DNA of 64,000 bases from Rhina ancylostomus (taxonomy: Eukaryota): NCBI GenBank assembly GCA_030265395.1, contig JARFYF010000029.1:35682318-35746317 (forward strand), read 5' to 3'. This document shows, piece after piece, positions 1 through 14,600 of the stretch. A program made the translations under genes and the position numbers. Position 1 is the first letter of the stretch. Each line of letters begins with the position of its first letter. The notes under the pieces were generated by a model that worked only from the letters and a program-made list of their open reading frames with translations, was not told the origin of the DNA and ran no database searches.

Positions 1-486
1 ATTCTCTTGATGAAAAATTGAACTGAGAGAATTGGTCCAGATATATTTTTGAATTTCCACACTATTTTGACCATGGGAAGTCATTGACAACTGTGCTGTA
101 AAGTCATGTTTAAATGTAGCAAACAGTAATTAGAAAATACAGAATTAACAAGCTGATTAAGCCTACTGAATATTGATAGAAATAAATCCCAAATTGTATT
201 TAATAGTGTTTTTCTTCAGAAGCGTGCCTTTTACTCTCACAGCCTGGAGTTTAAACCCATGAAGCTTCACAGAACCTTCAGTGTGAGCTGAAGAGTCATA
301 GTAACATGCCCAGCTACAATGCCTTGTGTGAATATTTTTCTATAACTCTCCTCCTTTGTTTTCTAGCTTGACTGCAATAGAGCAGGCTAAAGTTTGCTGA
401 TACTAAGATGTACTGATTTTTATTTGTATCCAACACGGGAGGAACATTGATAAGACTACAAGAATCATTTTAAGGAGCTGTAGAAG

Positions 487-488
<2 letters not shown>

Positions 489-517
<29 letters not shown>
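489..517. repeat. (TG)n microsatellite
   Basis: About 14 perfect TG units. Confidence 0.95.
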
Positions 518-519
<2 letters not shown>

Positions 520-734
520 GTTACATAGAGCATATAGAACACTACAGCACAGTACAGGACCTTCAGCCCAGTGTTGTGCTGATATTTTAGCCTGCTCTAA
601 GATCTATCTAACCCTTCCCTCCTACTTAGCCCCCTATTTTTCTACCATTCATGTGTCTATGTGTTATTAATACTGTACATATAGAACATCGAACAGTAGA
701 GTGCAGGAAGAGGCCCTTCAGCCTAACATCTCTG

Positions 735-1114
735 CGCCTGCCTGCCACCTATCACCTGAACTCACCTATCACCAGTCAGCCCTCCCTCCCCCACCCACCC
801 ACCTACCTCCCTTCCCCCTCTCACCTGGACATGCCTATCACTGAAACTCACTTATCACTTGCCTGTGTGTGATCCTCCCCCTTCCCCCCACCTTCTTATT
901 CTGGCTTATGCCCTCTTCCTTTCCAGTCCTAATGAAGGGTCTTGGGCTGAAATGTCGACTGTTTATTTCCCTCCATAGATGCTGCCTGACCTGCTGAGTT
1001 CCTCCAGCACTTTTTATAAGATGAGATATCTTTACTGGTCACATGTACATTGAAACACACAGTGAAATACATCTTTTTGCATAGTAGATTCCAGCATCTC
1101 CAGAATTTCTTGTG
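735..1114 (+). mobile_element. Penelope-type terminal-repeat fragment with degenerate hammerhead motif (924-961), interrupted by a SINE tail (~1017-1085)
   Basis: C-rich tract, then CAGTC-CTAATGA-AGGGTCTTGGGCT-GAAA-TGTC-GACTG, then the window-wide tail ...GATGCTGCCTGACCTGCTGAGTTCCTCCAGCA. The insert matches the 3' end of the SINE at 6031. Confidence 0.7.
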
Positions 1115-2567
1115 CAACCATGATGCCAGTCTAAACTAAGCACATCTGCCTGCACGTGTTCTGTATCCCTCTATTCCATGCTTATTCATGTGTCTGTCTA
1201 AATGCCTCTTAAACCTTGCTATTATATCTGTTTCTACCAGTTCCCGTGGCAATAAGTTCCAACCACATATTTTAAATGAAGACTGCAACATGGTATTTGA
1301 TTAAGAACCATAGACTAATACAGCACAATACAGGTCCTTTGGCCAACCATGTTGTGCTGCCCATCAAACCACACCTCACACTATCTAACCCTNNNNNNNN
1401 NNNNNNNNNNNNNNNNNNNNNNNNNNNNNNNNNNNNNNNNNNNNNNNNNNNNNNNNNNNNNNNNNNNNNNNNNNNNNNNNNNNNNNNNNNNNTCCCGAGA
1501 TTGCTACCCTTGAGGTCCTGTTCCTCAGTCTTCTGCCTAGCTCCCTAAACTCGCTCTTCAGGACCTCATTCTGCAAAATTAACATTCTGCAAAATGTTTT
1601 CTGTCAAAATGAGAAGCTGTTATGGAATTTATGCTTCTTGAATGTTTTAGTAATACATTCTTCTTTCTACCTGAGTCACTTTTCTCACTAATTTCATATA
1701 AAAGACATTCTGGTTTTTTTTACACTTAATATGAAGATCTTTCTTTTTGTTTGCCAGGGTTCTCAGGGCTCTCTGTATTCCATCCAGAGAGGAAATGAAT
1801 TGAACATGTACTGGCTTCTCCCAATCCCTTATACCAAATACTAAACAGAACAATTACACTATACAGCCCTCAGCCACCTTTCTTGCAGAAAAGAATGTGG
1901 TAAGGAGAATCTTGTCATTTACCTAGCTGGTTTTGGTGAGAACAATGTATTACATATTGCCTCCCAACAGATTTCTAACAACATCAATAATAATTTCCAT
2001 CTTTTCCTATTTTTTGCAGCAGAATGACATTTCAGAAATTGTAGCTGACCAGGGCTGATATGCTTATTAAAAATAAATATTTTGTCCACACCTAACTGCA
2101 ACTGCAATAGCACCTGACATAAATATATTTTTAAAAATCCAATCAGTTCAAAAGAGTGGAAGATTGGAAACAGTGCAGACTATCTAACCATTCTGTAATA
2201 TTCTGTCCAGACCCAAAGTAAAGTTTGTTGTCGGTCATACATAATTAATAACTTGGTACTAAAGTCATAATTGTTGACAATGCCAATACCCCATGTACAT
2301 GATGCCTGCATGTGCACCAGTGTAATTTATGGCCAGGTTTATTATTTGGCACTGATAGGTTAGCTGGTACAAACAACTGGAAGAGATATTGATAGGCTGA
2401 ATGTCAACCTCTTCCATCTATGAACCATCATTTGATTACATTATGGTTGAGAATTTTCAGCTGTGTATTATTGTAATGCATAGTAGTCAAGCTACAATAT
2501 TATGAAAATGTGTTTTAAAATACATTTCATACCATTGGGCTATTGTATTCATTTAACAGATTTGTAC

Positions 2568-2693
2568 CTGTACAGGAGTAGTCATCAACTTTAATGTAAC
2601 CCATTCTGCAGATACAGGTGTAGGATCCTGGACTGTTCACACAAAAAGTATTCTCTCGGCAGTAGTGCTTATCCTGAGAGCACTCATCAATAT
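2568..2693 (-). CDS. NELL2: NELL2-like exon (~exon 13), calcium-binding EGF domain 2
   Basis: cag|AT ATT GAT ... ACA G|gtacaa; 126 nt; [42 protein letters not shown]. Confidence 0.97.
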
Positions 2694-5600
2694 CTGTGAA
2701 TGGAAACAAGTTAACGGAGGAATTAGTATAACTTGATGCTTCAACTCACTTGAACAATGACATGACATTTAAAATAAAAGCAAAAACTTACAGACACTGG
2801 AAATCTGAAATAAAAACAGAAAATGATGGATGTGGTCAGCAGGTCAAGTAGCAGCTATGGAGAGAGAAAAGGAGACACAATTTCGGATCTGATGAAGGGT
2901 CATCCCATAAAAACATTGACTGTTTCTCTCTTCATATATGCTGCCTGACCTGCTGAATATTTCCAACATTTTCTGTTGTTTATAGGATAGTATTGCTTCT
3001 GCTTCAGTCAGCTGAGTAACAATGGCCCAGATTTCGCTGGTGAATGCTATCAAATCTGAAACTTATACACATGAGTAGTCACACACAGAAATTCCAAATT
3101 CAAACACATTTAAGATCATTTCTGCTGCATTTTCAAAGTGCTTTTCTGCAGAGGTTTATCTTACCAAGATAATTCACATATACAATGGAAATAGGCTCCT
3201 TGATCCCATGCCAAGTTAGATCTGGCACAGATCCACAACCTCATTGATTTAAAGGGAACTGAAGGGCTATAGGGAAAAGAAGCATGGAGAAGGTCATTTC
3301 TTTCTTTAAGTTTGTATTTTAAATGCCTTTTTGTTGATTTTTTTAAAACATTAATTTCAAAACATTTTATGTTTAATAGTTTTTAAACATTTCATTAACA
3401 CTCATGACAACCAGACCATCTGGCACAGCTGGGGCTGTGCTGGCTGTCAAATGCTTTCAGGGGAGTTTGGAGGGTAGGATTTCTTCAGTGTATTATTCAA
3501 GGCTCTTAGGCCACTCAGGGCCTCATCACTGGATGCATGTGTCACAATGTTGAGCAAACTCACAGAGAACCCAAATGCAGCACACCAATATAAGACTAGA
3601 GTCAGGATACTTCCTCAGGACAAACATAGGCAGCAACTGGAAGGAATCTTGCCTCANNNNNNNNNNNNNNNNNNNNNNNNNNNNNNNNNNNNNNNNNNNN
3701 NNNNNNNNNNNNNNNNNNNNNNNNNNNNNNNNNNNNNNNNNNNNNNNNNNNNNNNNCAGCATGGGATCCATGTGCCTGACAACAAGGCATTAAAGGTGCC
3801 AAATTGAGGGCCAGAACTCAGAACCATGACAGCAAGATGTTTCAGACTGGCAAGATAAGCCCTCCACATCAGGTCAGGTAAGCTCAGGTGAGGGATGTCC
3901 TTTGATGGTGATTGTGCCTGGCAGGCCAATACTAGCTAATTCTAGGGCATTGCACACATCCAATAAATAGCTCTGTTAATTTTTATAGAGACATTGAAAC
4001 CACTTCATTCTTTTTCCATTATTAAAGAAATCCATTAAAATCTAAACAGGTGAACAAAAGGGAGTAACCCATTCAATTTATCTTCTCTATTAAATTCATA
4101 GTCATAGAGTTAAACAACATGGAAACAGGCCCTTTAGCCCAACTTGTCAATGCTGACCAAGGTGCCCTCCTGAACTCGTACCATTTGCCTGCATTTGGCC
4201 CATATCCCTCTAAACCTTTCCTATCTATGAACCTGCCCAAATGTCTTTTAAATGTTGTAATTGTACCCACTCCCTCTGGCAGCTCGTTCCATATACCCAT
4301 CACCCTCTCTGTGGAAAAACTTGTCCCTTGTGTCCCCTTTAAATTGTTTCCCCTCTCACCTTAAACCTATGCCCTTTAGTTTTAGAATTTCCTCTCTCAA
4401 GTATCTTTGGATTCCACACAAAACATGCAAGAAGGACTGTGTCTGAAAGGGCATTTTATGGCTTCCCTTGCATTGTAAAAGTGACAGCCTTTGTTATAGA
4501 CAGACACTAACCTTGACAAATGGTTGGTTTATTATGGCAGTGATTTGGTTGTGTCACACAGATCAGGAGGTCCAATATTCAATCCCTGGTCTGTGATAAA
4601 TTATGTCCTCCTATTCTGAACAGTAATGGTAGCAGAAACACTGTGGTATGGCATGGGGCCCCTAATTTATTCTGCATGCATCAGATAATGACAGGATATG
4701 ACTGGATATAATGTCTACAATGCTAAATGACTTAAGAAAGGAAAGAAAATTTGAATGTTAGCACAACATATACCTCTTTCCACACATCAAATCCATTGAA
4801 GTAACTTTCCAATTTCTATATGAAGCTAGGTGATGCTGTTTGCATCAAGTCTAATAGCCAAAGTAAGTTCCAAAAACTTGAAATCTCAGAAAATTGACTT
4901 ATTGCCATATGGTTGTTTATACAAGTCAACCATTCCAAATTCCCAAATTGCATTGATGCTGAATGTAAGCAAGTTAATGACAGTTCTTTTAGATATATGA
5001 CAATCTCATATTCCCACTGACAGTGACTGACTGCTGGATTCAACAGCTGCAAAGTCTCCAGTCACAAATAACAAATTATCAAATTAGACAAAGAAATCAG
5101 TAATTGTATGTGTCACTGTGCTAATAGATTTGAATTGTTTCTCACCAAGAAGCTTCAATTTCCATCTCAACAATTTTGCAATAATGTTATTGTTGATGCT
5201 AAGGAATGTCGTAAGCACCCCAATAAAGTTTCTGGAAATCTAACAAATGAGCAAGTGCATCTCAGTTAGTTCTCAGGAGCTGTGAGAACTGATTAACATT
5301 GATGAATAGTGTACATTTATATTGAAAATGCAACTCTAGATTGATGTAGTTTATGAATTTTTTCATACAATGAGAAATAGGATCATTGGTCTACTTTCAT
5401 CCAGGAATCCTTTGTCCATTTAGTTAGGCTTCATCTATACAGTTAATTATATAATATAATGATAATGGAATTTTGACATCATTGGAAATTATCGATAAGT
5501 TTGCCTCAGACCCAGATGCAGCACTGGAAAAAAACCTGTGGTTAAAAACATCGGGAACCTCACATCAAACTTGCCATTTTGCTCTTCAACATGCTATAAT

Positions 5601-8600
5601 TAACCAAACAGCAGCTGAAAAATCCATAAATGCAGTGCTGCTTATTCAGTGCTTATGCATATGAAAACTGGATATTTGTGCCTCTTGTACGTTAAAGATG
5701 AACTCTTGACCTCACAATTTACCTCATCATGGCCCTTGAACCTTGTTGTTTACCTGCACTGCACTTGCTCTGTAACTGTAACAATATATTCTGCATTCTG
5801 TTATTGCTTCTCCCTTGTACTACCTTGATGTACTTATGTTTCAAATTATCTGCATATATGGCTTGCAAAACTAAGTTTTTCACTGTATCTTGGTACATGT
5901 GACAATAATAAACAAATTCCAACTTCAATTTCTATTTCTGGAGAGTAATGCAATTGTGACATTTTCCAGGTCAAATCGGCCACTCTTTAACTGGATGTGT
6001 CTAGTTCATGCCTGCACCAGTGACACAATTTAAGATAAGATAACTTTGAGTCACATGTACATTGAAACACACAGTGAAATGCATCTTTTGCGTAGACTCT
6101 TCTGGGGACAACCCACAAGTGTCACCATGCTTCTGGTGCCAACATAGCATGCCCTCAACTTCCTAACCTGTACATCATTGGAATGTGGGAGGAAACCAGA
6201 GCACCCAAAGGATACCCAGGCAGACACAGGGAGAACATACAAACTCCTTACAGACAGTGGCAGGAATTGAACCCAGGTCGCTGGCGCTGTAAAGTGTTAC
6301 TCTAACCGCTACACTACAATGTCTGCTTCTTTCTGTGTCAAATGCAAACTGGAAAGACAATTCCCTGTTTTGGAATGTTAGTATGAATTTAGCTCGCCTT
6401 GTTCTGAAAAGGGCCTGTGATGGGCCCCCTCAGAACATGTATTAATGGTTCTGCTCCATGAGCTGAAAGCCAGGTAGTGTCTCCCAGGTCAGGGCTGGGA
6501 CCAGTAACACTGAACTTAGTTAATACTTTCATTTGCACACTTCACGGTATTACAATGCATGGAAAGCATCTAAATGGCAGTCAGGCACACCCAGTGCCTG
6601 GGACCTCAGCATTCCTTATTACTGCTACAGCAGACCCACAAACAAATCATGCAAAGTCATGCAACAGCCAATTTACATGCTGCTCCAGCTCCAGAGAATA
6701 TCTAATACATTCCCCTGAAACAAAAATATTTGATTTATATTTGATTCACTTGATAGTTAATACTTTCACCATCTCTCTAGAGAGTTAAAACAGAATATGC
6801 TGGGGGATGGGGCAGCATTCACGGAGAGAGTGAATGTTTCAGGTGGACAGCCTTTGAAACTTAAAATATTAGAGGATTAATCACTTTTAAGAACCCAGGC
6901 AGGGAGAGGAGGCAAAAAAAGAACAAAAGGGCAGTTCTGTGATGGGAGGCAAGTAGAATAGATTAAAAGTGGCAATAGTTATATTGCAATTTTGATGGAA
7001 CATCCTGAGGGACTTAATGGGAATATTGTCAAACATAAAAATGACGATGGGATAAATTTTACAAAGATTCTACAAATGGCAACAGCTCATTAGCCATTGT
7101 TACCACTATCTTTTGCCTCACACCATCATCCCTCTCCAGGTCCCACCCCAGTCACAGATCTTCTCTTTCGTTCCTCTTTTCTCCTGTTCTTGCCACACTC
7201 CTCAATTAAGGGACATCAATCTGACAATTATTTATGTTCCCCCTCTANNNNNNNNNNNNNNNNNNNNNNNNNNNNNNNNNNNNNNNNNNNNNNNNNNNNN
7301 NNNNNNNNNNNNNNNNNNNNNNNNNNNNNNNNNNNNNNNNNNNNNNNNNAGCACACTTCAAGTTCTGGTAACTGCTCTAATTGCAGTGCCTTGGATAAGG
7401 TGTAGTACTCTATGGTTTCCTTCTATCTATCCTCTTTGGAATTGTTAAAAATAGCAGTCTCATCACATTCCTCCTTCTCTTCACTAGTCATAACATGCCC
7501 AAGTTGTTCCTTATTTGAAAGTTTCCCGTTCTGAGTATTGTATGTCTCAAGTGTTTCCATCCATTACGTTGTACATTCATTAGCAACAGCAAAATCGACA
7601 ATTAATGAACATTACAGATCACAAACCATTAGGATCATTAGCCACAGATACAAAATTGTAAACAAGAGGATTCTCAGCTGTGAAAATAATATCCATTTCC
7701 AACTCCTCATATGATGCAAAAATGTTACAGAAAGAGCAATTCATAATTCTTCTGATGGAAGGTTATTGACCTGATATGTTAAATCTCTTTCTCTCTCTAA
7801 TGATGCCATCTGATTTGCATTTCCTTTTTTTATGTTGTATATATGTTTTTTTTCAAAATAGAATCCACTGTGACTTTACTTAAATATTAAATGATAGTTT
7901 AGAGATCTTGTCACCTGAGAATTGAAGGACACTGGGACTCACAGAGTAGCTGTTGCTCATGGGGATAGTCTAGGCCGCTATTTTTCTGATTATTTACACT
8001 TGGCTAAAGTATTTTTCAGCTATCAATAAATTTTTGATCCCCTTTTCTCTGTAGCAGGTAACTTTTTTCCTCCTATGTGGCAAATAATCCAAGATAGAGA
8101 TAATGTTGCAAAGTTCACTTAGTAGAATCTGTTGTTTGGGCTGCAATTCCAATGGAGCAACTAAATCATGCACTGCCATTTTGTTATTGCCTCAGATGGT
8201 AAAACCCACTAAAAGTATGAAGAATAGGAAAATTGTAACTTTATTTAGTGTGCAACCACCCCTATTAGTTGCTACTGTCCTCAAGACAAGGCTGAATCAT
8301 TCACAACTTGTTCAGGCAGGTGTGCCGAATGGATGGTGAAATCCCCACATCATTAAAGCCAGGCTACAATCTGTTTGATTAATTCCATGTGATATCAAGA
8401 AAAGGTTGAGGGCATTGGATTCATTGTAGGCTATGGGACCAGATAACATCCCAGCTGTAGTACTAAAGACCTATGCTCCAGAACTAAACACATCTCTAAC
8501 CAAGCTGTTCAAGTACAGTTACAACATTGTAAGCCATCTGGCTAATTGCCTCCCAATCTGTCTACTCTCAATCATTAGCAAAGTGATGGAAGCCATCTTT

Positions 8601-11600
8601 GTCAGCAGTACCAAATGGCATTTACTTACCAACAACCTACTCACAGGTGCCCAGCTTGAGTTATGCCAAATCTACTTGGTTTCAGACCCCATGACACCCT
8701 TGGTTCAAACATGGAGCAAGGAGTTAAATCCACACTACATTCCACCTAAGACTACTCCAAAAGCACCTCCCAAACCAAGAAGGTCAAGGGTGCATGGGAA
8801 CACCACCATCTAACATTCCCCTCCCAAGTCACATACTAACCTGACTTGGAAAATATATTGCCTTCATTCATTGTTGTTAGATCTAAACCCTGGAACTCCC
8901 TACACAACAGCATGATGAGAGTACCTTCATCAGAAGGCCCATGGTAGTGCAAGAAGGAAACTTACCATTGCCTCTTCATGGGCACAGAGATGAGCAAAAA
9001 GTGTTGGCCTTTCCACAGATTCACTGAAGATCCATGGCACTTATTTTGTGGATATGTTCCCTTGTTCGTGACTCTCCCACCAAAGAAAGCATCTCAACAT
9101 CTACCCTGTCAAGCCCCCTTAGGATCTTATACACCACTCATTCNNNNNNNNNNNNNNNNNNNNNNNNNNNNNNNNNNNNNNNNNNNNNNNNNNNNNNNNN
9201 NNNNNNNNNNNNNNNNNNNNNNNNNNNNNNNNNNNNNNNNNNNTCTACCCTGTCAAGCCCCCTTAGGATCTTATACACCACTCATTCTTCTAAATCCAAG
9301 GAATAAGGACACAAATTGTCCAGCCTCTCCTGAGAGGACAGCCCTCTCATCCCAGGAAGTGGCCTGGTGAACCTCTTCTGGAATGCCTCCAAAGCTGCTA
9401 TATCATTTTTTGGACTAGGGGACCAAAACTGTGCATAATATTCAAGGTGGCCTCATCAACACCTAGTTAAACTGTAATAATTCCCTAAAGGTATTAGGGG
9501 ATAATGTAAAAGAAGTTTGGGAAGGCAGAGATGTTATTTATGTGTATATAGCAATCTTTTGGAAAAGGAACAGTGAAAGGGGACTGATGGACTGTTCATC
9601 TTAATTCTTATTTAAATCCAATCCAAGTAATTAAAGGCCAAATATCTTAACATGAGCAGTAACAAAGATAATGGAACCTTCACTTGAAGACAAGGTAGAA
9701 GAATATCTAGAAATAAAAAGAATAATAGTCAGTACAGATATCAAAAGGAAAGGCTGTGCTTAATTGACATGGAGTTTTTTTTAAGAAGTAACAAAGCGTA
9801 AAGAAGCAGATGAGCAGATGGAATATTTTTGGATTTTCAAAGCCTTCGAATGTAACTGTGGTTGCAAAACTTGGAGTCGGGGGTAGGGACCAGAATTTCC
9901 AGAATAAATATCAAGCTGGCTACAAAATGTAACACAGTGACATTTAAGGGCACTACTCAGATCACCAAAAGATCAGAAGTGATATCCCTCAGGGGTCAGT
10001 TCCAGCACTTTTTATAGGCAATTTACCCTAAAGATTTGGACACAGGCACAAATTCTAAATTTCCAGATGACACCAGATTGGGAACTGAAGTTAAGGCAAA
10101 AGATGTGGAAAAAATCAGAAATACATTAGTAAGGTTTCAGAATGAGCACTTAATTTGCATTTGCTTAAACTATAGAGAAGAAAGAGATGGTGCATTTTGG
10201 TCAGAAGACTGAGGACGTGAAGTGTAAAACAAACTGCCGGAGGATCTCAGTGAGTCTGTGGAGGAAAATGAGTAGTTGACATTTCGGGTCAAGACCCTTC
10301 ACCTGGACTGGAAAAAAGCATTCCTTACACAACATTGACTGTCCATTTCTCTTCATAGATGCCGCCTAATCTGCTGAGTTCCTCCTGCAGTTTGTATTTT
10401 TTTGCTCCAGATGCCAACATCTGCATGGTCTTGTGTCTCCATGTGAAGTATAAATGTTGGCCTCAAACATTTGAGCTGTATGTTCTCATTCTGTGCTGCA
10501 GACTGCACACAATCCAGTTTGTTTCTGTATTTAATTCTTTCCTCCACATATTACCAACTTCTAGATTCTAGGATTTCAGCATTTATGGTCACTCTGTATT
10601 CAATCATCATTATTCCAAGATTCTGCTCAACTACACTATGATGTTGCCATCTTAAATAGAATGTTTACTGTAGTAAGCACAAATATTTCACTGGATTCTG
10701 ATGTTTCTACATAATTTATACATTTTAACCAATATTCTACCAAAATACGTTTCCTTTTCTTTGTAAGTTTTGAATTTAATTTATTAATTGAAAAAATTTT
10801 AATGAATCTTTTTTTCCATAGATATATTTTTAAGCATAGAGCATTGGGACAGAGAGCTACCCCTAGCATTTAAGCATGCTTTAATATTATCATTTGTTTC
10901 AGTGTCAGGGTTTGAATGTTGAAAGGACATTTTTTAAAATGTGTTGCCAAAGTTGCCAGAGGCTGAAACTTAAACTCAGTGAATGGAGGACAAGTCAGAT
11001 TATTGTTGTACTCGTCACAAAACACATCCAATGAATTATTGTGAAATGCAATGATTGACTTCAGGCAAATGCAACAGGTATTTTATAAATGGCAATATTC
11101 CATAAATGATATTGAAATACTTAAGCAATTATTCTGCTTATGAGGAATGCAGGGATTGATACCAGAAGAATATTCCTGTATTCTTTGAATCTTTTGGCAT
11201 TTCATGCACCATTACAACAGACAGATGGGACTTTGGTTTAACATCAAGGGGTAGCATATCTAATAAAGCAGTATGCCTTCAATAATAGTTTACAAATTAT
11301 AAATTACTTGCCCAACTCACAGAGTAGTTTAAACCACAAGCCTCCAATTTGGAGGAAATAATACCAAAAAAGTGAGATAAGGTTGAAATGATCTTGGTTC
11401 CTGGATCCTCAGCAATTTTACACAGCATTGTTATAGTGACTGCATTTCAGAGGTACTCCATTAGCTGTAAAGCATTTTGGTACATTCTAAGATATTGAAA
11501 GATACTATATATTGTATCTGTCTTTTTTTATTCCTCACTGTTTCTCTAGTATTTATTAGCAGAAACAAGAAATATAATACAACCTCAACATTTGCAGTAT

Positions 11601-14600
11601 TATTGTCTGAATAATTTGCTAATATAACAACATTAGTTCATGCTCTTCAGTATAAGGAACAAGATAACTGGGATAGCCTCTACTAATATTTATATCNNNN
11701 NNNNNNNNNNNNNNNNNNNNNNNNNNNNNNNNNNNNNNNNNNNNNNNNNNNNNNNNNNNNNNNNNNNNNNNNNNNNNNNNNNNNNNNNNNNNNNNNATAG
11801 CCTCTACTAATATTTATATCAGCTTGTCCTTAGCCAAAGATACTTCACACAGGAGTAGAAATCGGCCTCCTTAGCATTTATTTTCTAAGAGAAAAATTGA
11901 GAAAAAGAGGGGGAAAAAAGTCAGATGTAATAATTACTCGTGATGGGTGTTTGCCTTACAGGCATACAATATTGCAATTGGCTGCTTTGCAACGTTCCAG
12001 GCTGCACAAAATGTGGCAAACCCTTAATTAAAATATTCAGGGATTCTAACTGCTGTTGAAGCATCCCACTGTAATAGTAGCATATGAGAGCAGAGCAGAT
12101 AATGCATTCTGAAGTCATCGACAATCCCTTTTTGTGTTATGGTGTCACCAGTAGCTTATTCTTACTATTATTGAAATGCTCTTTGTCAATTTTGTGTGTT
12201 TCTGGTGATATAAAATGCCTTTGCACTACTTAAAAGCCCGCAATGCAGTTGTCCATTTTGGCAATACATTCTGATCTCAGAACACTTGTATTATGCTGAG
12301 ATAGTACTAGTTGTGCTACTTCTCTTGCACTCCTGTGACACACCAATGCAACTTTGCATCATATTAACATTTATATTTATTTTAGAAAAGTCTTTCACAG
12401 CACCAGTAGGAACAAAGGGCTCCTCCGACTCCAAATTTGCAGCAAGTCTCCAAATAAAGCCCAATCCCTTTCCTGGAGTCATTGAATGAACACCTCCTTC
12501 CTCTTTAAAATGTTCTTTAAAACTAATGGTTTAATCAAATTTTCACTCATTGACCCCAGTATTTCTTGTGTGGCTCAGCTTCAAAATCTGTTTGATAATA
12601 CTCCTATTACATATCCTTGGACTTTGCTGAGTTGAAGGTGATACATTATTAAAATCAGCTTAAAATTTGCAAGATTCTGTATACTGTTGGTAAAATAACG
12701 CCATTGGCAGCTTGGGCATAAAATGTAAAGGAAGCCTATGGTTCAAATTTAGGCCTGCCACACAAAGTATATGATGCAGGTAACATTGACACATTTGATG
12801 GGTGATTTGATCCTGACATAAGATGGAAGGCAATAGGGATGTAGGCACAGGACAGAAAGAGGTCACTACAGTTGGGGGAAGGTNNNNNNNNNNTTGTGTT
12901 AAGTGTCAAAATTGGCATTGATCAATCGGGCAAAATAGCTCATCTTTATTCTTTTTTTTGTGTAACTGATGAAAATCACAGCAGTGAAAGCAATGTGTTG
13001 TTTAATTCAGTCAGCTAATAAATATTTAACGTGCATATATCAGCAAGGACATGAAGATGAATTTATATCATATTTTATTAATGTAAAACTATTGGCTCTA
13101 CATGACCTACTTTGCTCCATTAACAAAATGAGTACATTGGGTGGGGGTGAGGGGCGGGAAGAGATTTAGTAATTTTTAGGTATGTTGGGTCACAGCATCT
13201 TAACTGATCTCAACACTGCAGCAACATCCAAATGATGTAATCTTTTTACATCATACACACAGCAAATGGTTGGAACAGTGTTCCAAAGGACAATTCTTTA
13301 TCCATAAAAATTGAAACTTAAAACTGATTTCTAAATTGTACCATCACTGCAGTGTGAAAGCTTAAAATATTTTTTTTAAAGGATTTCCATCAGTACAAAT
13401 TTATTACTTGGTTCTTCAGAGGGCAGCACAGAAAACTGGCATCAATTTTTTAAATTTGTATTTTAAGAAAATGTTCTTTTTTAAAAAACAATAATATAAC
13501 AGACATGACATATGGCAGGACTTCAATAAAATCCAGAAAGTCTGAGGCAGCTTTATGTCCTAATTGCAAGGAACAGTTGGACATGACGGATTACAGGACT
13601 GCTTTACCTTTCTGCCAAATGTGTCTTTGTTCTAAATGGGGAAGATAAAATTGGAGAAAAGGCAGCCCTTGCACAGCAATTTTCAACTGATGGCTGTCAT
13701 CCAAGGAAAAGACTATGCTTCACAGAATCTCCTCCAAGTGATAATGAGTAGAAATCATTATAGAATCATGTTAGGAAAAGCAAAGCCATTGATTCTGTTC
13801 TACTATTCAGTTAGATCGTGGCTAATTCATACCTCAATCCCATTTGTCTACCTTCCTTTCATAACGTTGGTTAGCTTTTTCCAACAAAAATATATTGATC
13901 CCTGAAGTGAAGATGAATCGTGGTGACATCCATAGAGGAATGATGCCAGATTTGTGCTTCTGATTTAATATGGAAAAGTTTCTTCCTCCATTCATTCCTG
14001 AATAGCCTCATTGCACAATATGCACAGTACTGATGAAAGGTAATTGACTTTGAATGGTAACTTTGTTTTGCTCTGTGCAGATGCTACCTGACCTGTGAGT
14101 GCTCACAATATTTTCTAATTTATTTACTGCAATGCCACCTTGTTGTGGATTCTCCATCAGAGGCTAGTCTATCTGTATCACTTTAAGCATTCCAATTAAA
14201 CCACCCCTCAATCTTCCAAATACAAGACAATAAAAGCTAGGTTTATGATTCCTTCTCCTTTCCAACCAATTATTAAAGGATTTCACAAAGTTATAAAAAT
14301 TCTATGGGTTCTCATTTTTTAAATCAATTCCACAGAATCTTATCAAACTGGAAGTCTTTATAGTGCAATCTATTTTGCTGCACTTTAATAACCACATTGT
14401 GTTTATTGTTTGCTTTCAGGTTCATTCCCTTAGAAGATTTAAAGGGAAGTTGTTGAACTATAGCCTCCCTTTCCATGCATGAATAAATCTTCCCAAATAC
14501 ACAGATAGCCTCAAACCTCTAGCTGGACATAGGTCATTTGCCTCATTAATCGGGGATGTTATTCAAGTTCAAATTTGAAATAAACTCGATATACCGATCT

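Noticed and set aside
1758-1899. Plus-strand exon-like segment with good acceptor (ttctttttgtttgccag) and donor (G|gtaagg)
   Set aside because: Stops in all three frames and no partner exons seen; at most a non-coding antisense exon, unsupported without RNA data.
6270-6326. tRNA-like A/B boxes (also ~59842 and ~59590)
   Set aside because: They are heads of tRNA-derived SINEs; no cloverleaf, so not tRNA genes.
9100-9287. 44-bp direct repeat flanking a 100-N gap
   Set aside because: Identical sequence on both sides of a placeholder gap indicates unmerged overlapping contigs.
11673-11820. 24-bp direct repeat flanking a 100-N gap
   Set aside because: Same assembly-overlap artefact.
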